Position numbers and translations under genes: made by a program | Notes under the pieces: generated by a model | Databases searched by the model: none | What the model was told of the DNA's origin: nothing | What the model saw: the letters and a program-made list of their open reading frames with translations, nothing else | Assembly (NCBI GenBank): GCA_002269645.1 | Contig: NIVC01000900.1 | Location: 124,001 to 188,000 of the forward strand | Length of the DNA: 64,000 nt | From: Macrostomum lignano | Lineage: Eukaryota | Direction of reading: 5' to 3' | In this document: positions 50,541-64,000 of the stretch, piece by piece | Layout of the letters: each line of letters begins with the position of its first letter | Numbering within the stretch: position 1 is the first letter of the stretch

Positions 50541-51109
50541 GTAAAACAATAAAATGCCTTACTACTCTACTTACGATCGTAGTTAGTAGGCAGTAAAGCA
50601 AATTCAGCTGTGATAGAAATATGCTTTTTCAATTCAAGTTAATTCATTTTTAAAATTAATCGTTTGAAGTGCCAATTAGATTAAAACGATTTGCGCCCCT
50701 CGAATTAGGAATTAAAATACCGAGTTAATATACTACTTAAACTGGCTGCTTTGGCAACCACTTAAGCAAAACACCATCATCATAAAAATTAAAAACGTGC
50801 CAGATTCTCTTTTCCTAATTCATATTCTCCTTTCTCATTTTCCACTAAAATTGAAACAAAGCAAATTTTCACACGTCTGAAAGGCAGCAGATGATTAACT
50901 GACTCGGAGAGCACAATTTTTTGATACAATTTTTGCTGAGAAAGAGCGTCACTGATTACTATTTGCTAGAATATTATATACTACTTTACTAATACAAAAT
51001 AGTAATTTTCCTACAAAAAAGAAAACAATTGCACATTTACTTCTTTAGAGTGATTTTCGCCTTTTAAAAATATTAAAATTAAAACACCCTTAAAATTGTA
51101 AGAATGTAA

Positions 51110-51680
51110 CTTGGCGCCAAAGTGGCGCTATGGAAAGTGACGCTATGGAAAATGGCGCTATGGAAAGTGGCGCTATGGAAAGTGGCGCTATGGAAGGTGG
51201 CGCTATGGAAGGTGGCGCTATGGAAGGTGGCGCTATGGAAGGTGGCGCTATGGAAAGTGGCGCTATGGAAATTGGCGCTATGGAAATTAGCGTCAAAGTG
51301 GCGCTATAGGAAATGGCGCTATGGAAAGTGACGCTATGGAAAGTGGCGCTATGGAAGGTAGCGCTATGGAAAGTGGCGCTATGGAAGGTGGCGCTATGGA
51401 AAGTGACGCTATGGAAAGTGGCGCTATGGAAGGTGGCGCTATGGAAAGTGACGCTATGGAAAGTGGCGCTATGGAAGGTGGCGCTATGGAAAGTGACGCT
51501 ATGGAAAATGGCGCTATGGAAGGTGGCGCTATGGAAAGTGACGCTATGGAAAGTGGCGCTATGGAAAGTGACGCTATGGAAAATGGCGCTATGGAAGGTG
51601 GCGCTATGGAAAGTGGCGCTATGGAAAGTGGCGCTATGGAAGGTGGCGCTATGAAAAGTGGCGCTAGGGAACTTGGCGCC
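51110..51680. repeat. 15-bp minisatellite (GGCGCTATGGAAAGT)
   Basis: Direct inspection. Confidence 0.95.
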
Positions 51681-52504
51681 ATATAGAAAGTGGCGCGTTC
51701 AACACAAACCCAGCTCCATAAAAGGGCGTCTTATTGGTTCGAGAAGGTGTTCACGCGTGCGCATGTGCACAATATCTATTTATTATTTGCTCAAGCTTAC
51801 TATACTTATTCATTATAGGTGAGAAAATTACACACACAATCTGTGCAAGGCCTAATAATCTTCAAGGTGCTCTGTAGCAATTATAGGTATTTACCCCCAC
51901 CCCCTCCCTGATCGTTTAGATTTTTATACTATATATTAGATAAGATAAGATAGAGTGCCCTATCTGTTAATTCGTTTATGTTTGTCCATTAATTTGTGAG
52001 TTTTCTGAGTCGCAACCATTCCCAAAGCTGGACTCCCGCAGGGCGCTTCGCGTGCTCCAAATCTAGCTGGCTAACTAATAGGTGTTAAAACCGCCATCCT
52101 CTTCAGAGCTTTAGAGCCGCGCATTCACGCTTTATATCTGATGCTTTATCTGACTCGCCCGCATTTGTTTAAACTTTTGCGTCCACCTTCAGACACTTTA
52201 ATTGACAATATATTTATATATATAAAACTTTTCGATACAATGGTCAGCTATAAGGCAAGGGTATAGCCAACCCTCTGAACAATGGGATGATGGCCCAAGC
52301 CTATAAAATCTCTTGATTTACAATTCAACCTGACGTTGTGAATTCGAAGGCTAAATCGTGTATAATCGAATATTGTTGTGACTTCGAGAGTATTATTAGA
52401 TAAAGAGCTCATATATAGTGGGGACGGATGTTAAAGTTTGTATTGATTGCATCACGGGGGGATACTGCCAGGGCATACTGGTTTGTCTCACCTTGACACA
52501 AGCG

Positions 52505-52825
52505 CTTTTATTTAATGTTGGGGCGTTGTGGCGCCCTTTTAAAGTTTGCTGATTGTGGCGAGAGTCATTGCTGCCCATTCCGCCGACTCCCCTGAGCAGG
52601 CACACAAGCGTGCGGATACGTACGCAGTCATATGCACAGGCACACACTCACACAGGAGTCAAGGCATGTACACTTCACTGTGCCTTGGGGGGTTGGCTTT
52701 TAATTGCACGAGCAGAGCCAAGCCGAGATTCCAATTTAGTCCCAAATTAATGTGACTGCACTTGGAATCGAGCCTGGGCCGCTGGCACATCAGAGCCTGC
52801 GCTGGACCACTCGAAGGGACCCCCG
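52505..52825 (-). mobile_element. tRNA-derived SINE, third copy, reverse orientation
   Basis: The reverse complement carries the same head (CTCTGATGTGCCAGCGGCCCAGGCTCGATTCC) and core as 50194-50540. Confidence 0.85.
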
Positions 52826-53321
52826 CGGTCTGGTAATTTGTAGCGCAATTCGAAGATGTTTTGTGGTGATGTGCAATTACAGCTGGGAGTCAATCAGACA
52901 GAGATTTCAAGCCATTAAAATGCGTTGTCATTAGAGCTCCAGTCCAAGTGTAGCAAAACACCAATAGCAGTCCTTATTCGGCAGAAAAACAATTAATAAA
53001 ACACGGCGGCGCGCATATTTGGTCAGCACCGGATGCAGGCAATCAATATCGAGTCTTTAGCCGGCAATTTACAGTCTGGTTATAAATAAATGAGCCATTT
53101 TTATTCCCGCAATTATGATATGCTGAACTCGCAATAAAATTAAGAACCCAGGCAAAACGTTTAAGCCATATAAGTAAATATAGATACGTCACGCTTTGTT
53201 ACTTCGCTGTAAATATGATATTTTTTGTAAACTAGGGAAAGACAGCTTCAAAAGGTTTTGCGACTTGTTCAGGGACTGCTTATACATACCATGGAATAGA
53301 GAAAAGAATAGGTTTTTTATA

Positions 53322-53655
<334 letters not shown>

Positions 53656-54284
53656 GAGCCATTTCCAATCTCGCTCCCCAGTCCAGAGCGGTGCTGCCGG
53701 GGTCCCTGCCTGTGCCGTCCCAATGCCACAAGAAGTCACAAGTGACAGATAAATAGCACTGAACTTCCGCTCCAGCCACCGGCCTGATTTGCATCACAAT
53801 CGAAGTTGCTCTGGGAGCGACTCCAAGTGTCGCGGAGCGGCGTTTTAAAAGAATCAACGGAAATCAAAAGCGCAGCTAGAAAGGAAACGGAGAAGCCGAG
53901 CTTTGCGACAGGGTCCTGTAGAGGGTGGAGGCAAGCAGGGCAGGACTCGACCCCAAGAGGAGCACGTGGCCTTTTTATAATTTATTTTTCTATATCGGTC
54001 ATTCCTTCGAATTCGGTGTAAAAACCTTAACCTCATCTGTGTCGGATCACATAAGTTATACGAATTCCGGCTCTACCAGTATGTGTGATATGCTTGATTG
54101 AGCTCGCTCAGAACTGGCGTCATGTATGAGATTGAACAACAAATTCCTTGGCCTGGGGGTCAACGCTCAGTCCAGTTGACTGACCAATCTTAATTGAAAT
54201 CTGTTAGAATTTCTTGTGGCATGCGTTATAATTAGACTTTTGAAAACTTATAAATACAAGTCTTGATTTGACTAGAACTTTTTT

Positions 54285-56113
54285 CCTCTGTGTCAGATAT
54301 CTTCTGTGTCAGATATCATCTGTGTCAGATGTCTTCTGTGTCAGATATCTTCTGTGTCAGATATCTTCTGTGTCAGATGTCTTCTGTGTCAGATATCTTC
54401 TGTGTCAGATATCTTCTGTGTCAGATGTCTTCTGTGTCAGATGTCTTCGGTGTCAGATATCTTCTGTGGTCAGATAGTGAGATATCTTCTGTGTCAGATG
54501 TCTTCTGTGTCAGATGTCTTCTGTGTCAGATATCTTCTGTGTCAGATGTCTTCTGTGTCAGATGTCTTCTGTGTCAGATATCTTCGGTGTCAGATATCTT
54601 CTGTGTCAGATGTCTTCTGTGTCAGATATCTTCTGTGGTCAGATAGTGAGATATCTTCTGTGTCAGATGTCTTCTGTGTCAGATATCTTCTGTGTCAGAT
54701 GTCTTTTGTGTCAGATGTCTTCTGTGTCAGATATCTTCGGTGTCAGATATCTTCTGTGTCAGATGTCTTCGGTGTCAGATATCTTCTGTGGTCAGATAGT
54801 GAGATATCTTCTGTGTCAGATGTCTTCTGTGTCAGATGTCTTCTGTGTCAGATATCTTCGGTGTCAGATATCTTCTGTGTCAGATGTCTTCGGTGTCAGA
54901 TATCTTCTGTGGTCAGATAGTGAGATATCTTCTGTGTCAGATGTCTTCTGTGTCAGATATCTTCTGTGTCAGATGTCTTCTGTGTCAGATGTCTTCTGTG
55001 TCAGATATCTTCTGTGTCAGATGTCTTCTGTGTCAGATGTCTTCTGTGTCAGATATCTTCTGTGTCAGATGTCTTCTGTGTCAGATGTCTTCGGTGTCAG
55101 ATATCTTCTGTGTCAGATGTCTTCGGTGTCAGATATCTTCTGTGGTCAGATAGTGAGATATCTTCTGTGTCAGATGTCTTCTGTGTCAGATGTCTTCTGT
55201 GTCAGATATCTTCTGTGTCAGATGTCTTCTGTGTCAGATATCTTCTGTGTCAGATGTCTTCTGTGTCAGATGTCTTCTGTGTCAGATATCTTCTGTGTCA
55301 GATGTCTTCTGTGTCAGATGTCTTCGGTGTCAGATATCTTCTGTGTCAGATGTCTTCGGTGTCAGATATCTTCTGTGGTCAGATAGTGAGATATCTTCTG
55401 TGTCAGATGTCTTCTGTGTCAGATGTCTTCTGTGTCAGATATCTTCTGTGTCAGATGTCTTCTGTGTCAGATATCTTCTGTGTCAGATGTCTTCTGTGTC
55501 AGATGTCTTCTGTGTCAGATATCTTCTGTGTCAGATGTCTTCTGTGTCAGATGTCTTCTGTGTCAGATATCTTCTGTGTCAGATGTCTTCTGTGTCAGAT
55601 GTCTTCGGTGTCAGATATCTTCTGTGTCAGATGTCTTCTGTGGCAGATATCTTCTGTGTCAGATGTCTTCTGTGGCAGATATCTTCTGTGTCAGATATCT
55701 TCTGTGTCAGATGTCTTCTGTGTCAGATATCTTCTGTGAGAGATATCTTCTGTGTCAGATGTCTTCTGTGTCAGATATCTTCTGTGTCAGATGTCTTCGG
55801 TGTCAGATATCTTCTGTGGTCAGATAGTGAGATATCTTCTGTGTCAGATGTCTTCTGTGTCAGATGTCTTCTGTGTCAGATATCTTCTGTGTCAGATGTC
55901 TTCTGTGTCAGATATCTTCTGTGTCAGATGTCTTCTGTGTCAGATGTCTTCTGTGTCAGATATCTTCTGTGTCAGATGTCTTCTGTGTCAGATGTCTTCT
56001 GTGTCAGATGTCTTCGGTGTCAGATATCTTCTGTGTCAGATGTCTTCTGTGTCAGATATCTTCTGTGTCAGATATCTTCTGTGTCAGATATCTTCTGTGT
56101 CAGATGTTCTTCT
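54285..56113 (+). repeat. 16-bp satellite (CTTCTGTGTCAGAT(A/G)T), left arm of an inverted pair
   Basis: Direct inspection; a 3-unit, 48-nt period produces the spurious 16-aa repeat ORFs. Confidence 0.97.
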
Positions 56114-56949
56114 GTCAAACAGTCGTCAACAAACAATTTTCACCATCTAAGTGATCTTCTACAAAACACACCTGGCTAAAAGATTTAAACAAAAATATTA
56201 TACAATGCAAAAGCGTTTGTGTTGCTGGGCCAAAGGACAAGTCAGCCAACCTTGGACTCAAAATTAATTTGGGACACCATCAGATGAAAAAAAAAGCAGA
56301 TTATAAATGATCAATTCTAAAGTCACAGCAATGTGGCTGACTGTTGTAAATTAAAAAAATAAATGTTTTTCTAATCCTAACCTATGTTACTCTTAGGTCA
56401 CCATGGTAACTTTGAGCGCGCTGTTTTCTTAACCTTCTAACTCCTAATATTTTATATTCATTCAGAAGTTGCTAGCTCGCATGTTCATACCCCTGCCCGT
56501 TATGACGTCATGTTTGATATGAAACTGTGTCGCACATAGCAGACACAGCACCCTCAGGCCCCCATGTAAAACCATTGCAAAGTAAGCGTTATTTTTATGA
56601 CTGCCTAAGCTCTAACGAATTTGATTTATTACTTTGAAAAAGTATGAAATCAGTTATGGTTTTAGAATTGAGGCCTGCATTTTGTCAGTCAGTTAATTGT
56701 GGTTTTACCTGTCTGTGTCAAGTCAAATATTATAAAGCCGCGCGTCAGGGGTTCGAGTCACGCTTCGCTCAGTTGCAGTTCACGCCTTGTATATATTTAC
56801 AAATACACACACAGCACTTTGGCCTGGCCTTCGCCTTTCCAATGTTGGGTCACCTCTTTGTATAGACAAATAAATTATTGCGCTGTTTGACAGGTGCTTC
56901 AATGGAGAGGGGGGCTTTTATGCTATTTTACCTGATTAAAATGATAGTT

Positions 56950-57540
56950 TACAGCTTGTTTTGAGGGGAATTTCTCGTTTGTTTGGAGTGGAATTTCTCA
57001 CTTGCTCTAAGGGGAATCTCTCACTGGTTTTGAGGGGAATTTCTCACTTGTTTTGAGGGGAATATCAATGCTTGTATGCTTGTTTTAAGGGGACTTTCTC
57101 GTTTGTTTTGAGAAGAATTTCTCAGTTGTTTTGAGGGGACTTTCTCGCTTGTTTTGAGGGAATTTCTCGCTTGTTTTGAGGGAATTTCTCGCTTGTTTTG
57201 AGGGGACTTTTTTTGCTTATTTTGATAAGAATTTCAAGCTTGTTTTGAGGGGAGTTTCTCGGTTGTTTTGAGGGGAATTTCTCGATTGTTTTGGGGGAAT
57301 TTCTGGCTTGCTTTGAGGGGACTTTCTCGCTTGTTTTGAGGGAATTTCTCGCTTGTTTTGAGGGAATTTCTCGCTTGTTTTGAGGGGACTTTTTTGCTTA
57401 TTTTGATAAGAATTTCAAGCTTGTTTTGAGGGGAGTTTCTCGGTTGTTTTGAGGGGAATTTCTCGATTGTTTTGAGGGGAATTTCTGGCTTGCTTTGACG
57501 GATCTTGGGGGAATGTCTCGTTTGTTTTGAGGGGAAGTTC
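56950..57540. repeat. ~22-23-bp degenerate repeat (TTGTTTTGAGGG(G)AATTTCTCGC)
   Basis: Direct inspection. Confidence 0.9.
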
Positions 57541-57967
57541 AGGTTCTATAGAGAAAAAATCTCTACCTTGATGAAAAGATTTGTTGCTGCATGAACTGCC
57601 GCATCAATGGACAGGTAAAACAGAAAATCACCCCAGTTGGCTTGCAAATGATTAATTTAATTGCTTTACCTATTTTTGAATGATACGCTTTATCTAATGC
57701 AGTTTTTAGTTCTGTGCAAGGATAAATTTCCTCATCAATCAGATAGTCATGATGCCAGCCATGGATATCCCACTTCAATTGCACCCCGGTATAGAGCAGG
57801 GATGTCACATTTTTGTGGGAAATGGAAAATATTTCTTCCTCTGTATAGCGATAGCTGTTGGGTGATAGACAATTTGAAGGAATTTGCTTAGCGTCTCAAA
57901 GCTCTCCAAATAATGCAATCTCTGTCTTCTTGAGTTCTATATATACAAATGGGAGATTAGCCTTATT

Positions 57968-58965
57968 GGATATCTGACACAGAATATATCTCTCACAGAA
58001 GACATCTGACACAGAAGATATCTGACACAGAAGATATCTCTCACAGAAGACATCTGACACAGAAGACATCTGACACAGAAGATATTTGACACAGAAGACA
58101 TCTGACACAGAAGATATCTGACACAGAAGATATCTGACACAGAAGACATCTGACACAGAAGATATCTGACACAGAAGATATCTGACACAGAAGATATCTG
58201 ACACAGAAGATATCTGACACAGAAGATATCTGACACAGAAGATATCTGACACAAGATATCTGACACAGAAGATATCTGACACAGAAGATATCTGACACAG
58301 AAGATATCTGACACAGAAGATATCTGACACAAGATATCTGACACAGAAGATATCTGACACAAGATATCTGACACAGAAGACATCTGACACAGAAGATATT
58401 TGACACAGAAGATATCTGACACAGAAGATATCTGACACAGAAGATATCTGACACAAGATATCTGACACAGAAGATATCTGACACAGAAGATATCTGACAC
58501 AGAAGATATCTGACACAGAAGATATCTGACACAAGATATCTGACACAGAATATATCTCTCACAGAAGACATCTGACACAGAAGATATCTGACACAGAAGA
58601 TATCTGACACAGAAGACATCTGACACAGAAGATATCTGACACAGAAGATATCTGACACAGAAGACATCTGACACAGAAGATATCTGACACAGAAGATATC
58701 TCTCACAGAAGACATCTGACACAGAAGATATCTGACACAGAAGACATCTGACACAGAAGATATCTGACACAGAAGATATCTGACACAGAAGATATCTGAC
58801 ACAGAAGATATTTCTCACAGAAGACATCTGACACAGAAGACATCTGACACAGAAGACATCTGACACAGAAGATATTTCTCACAGAAGACATCTGACACAG
58901 AAGACATCTGACACAGAAGATATCTGACACAGAAGAGATCTGACACAGAAGAGATCTGACACAGA
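57968..58965 (-). repeat. Same 16-bp satellite in inverted orientation, right arm
   Basis: AGAAGATATCTGACAC units are the reverse complement of the 54285-56113 unit. Confidence 0.97.
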
Positions 58966-59341
58966 TTTCTAACACAAAAGATTATTTGAAGTCTGACATG
59001 ACGATATTAACAGCTAGAAGTTCACCTCAGGGCCTGCCGCCTTCCCCATCCCTCCTCCCCGCCCAGATCCTGTCATTGGCTGTGGAATTCTTTAGCAGAG
59101 GGCCCACAGGACGCCCAATAGGACCGGTCCGTGGGCCGCTCCGGCAGTGGGGGGTCTGGGGTGGCTGAGGGAGGGTGGAGGGACTTAGTCAGGGGCACCC
59201 CGCCAGACTGCCTGTCGCCAGTTAAAATTCAGACACCCACAAGCCCCCGAAGCAAGTAGCGAGAGAGCTGGAGAGACACAGGAGAAAATCTTTAATTATC
59301 TTATAAAGATTGCAATTTGAACTTGCACTCAAAACTGACTA

Positions 59342-63619
<4,278 letters not shown>

Positions 63620-64000
63620 AATGAAACACACCACGCAATCAAATTGATTATGAATTGAACTTCAAACAAGCGCGTACTAAAACAGTTTTAGTTACCATGG
63701 TGACTCCATGTTGGCTGGAGAGTTGTCGTTTTTTCGTACACAGATCACCGTAATCTCCTGTTTTCTCTTTCTATGAAACTCATCGCCTGTTTATGTATAA
63801 ATCTGTTCTAAATTGATTCCATATCAATTATTGCCTTATAGCATAGCATGTCTGTCTGTCTGGCTCATATTTATATCGCCTGCAAGTTTGGCCCTGTCGT
63901 CTGTTATCGCTTCTGATCTGATGTGTCCGACAGGTAATAACCGGATTTTATCTTGAATCTCTCAACTGTACATTATTTCATAAGTCTTAATTCTTCTATG

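Noticed and set aside
56740-56790. B-box-like GGTTCGAGTC
   Set aside because: No matching A box or cloverleaf was found nearby
54268-58975. Cys-rich repeat ORFs (QISSVSDIFCVRYLLC)
   Set aside because: Artefacts of the 16-bp satellite, open in all frames, with no credible start or splice context

Overview
Eukaryotic (metazoan) genomic DNA with spliceosomal GT-AG introns; there is no prokaryotic content and no CRISPR array. The style (introns filled with minisatellites, flatworm-type soluble tyrosinase) suggests a free-living flatworm such as Macrostomum, but that is inference only. Seven protein-coding genes were reconstructed by hand with phase-consistent splice sites: a secreted tyrosinase (-, 4 exons), two tandem PAN/Apple + F-type lectin paralogues (+, 2 coding exons each), CFAP61 (-, 15 exons, about 1271 aa), DNAL1 (-, 4 visible coding exons, initiator Met not found), an orphan ~1036-aa disordered protein (-, 3 exons) and an Iroquois homeobox gene (+, 4 exons). 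Mobile DNA includes a decayed, internally deleted THAP/P-element transposase, a piggyBac-like MITE, three copies of a tRNA-derived SINE and possible Gypsy pol remnants. Most long ORFs in the supplied track are artefacts of tandem repeats. The strongest leads are: a lectin paralogue that has lost the last Arg of the fucose-binding motif; a closely spaced DNAL1-CFAP61 axonemal pair that may be a trans-spliced operon, with the DNAL1 Met possibly donated by a spliced leader; a minisatellite born from the THAP AVPxIF box; and a foldback-like pair of inverted satellite arrays just upstream of Irx.
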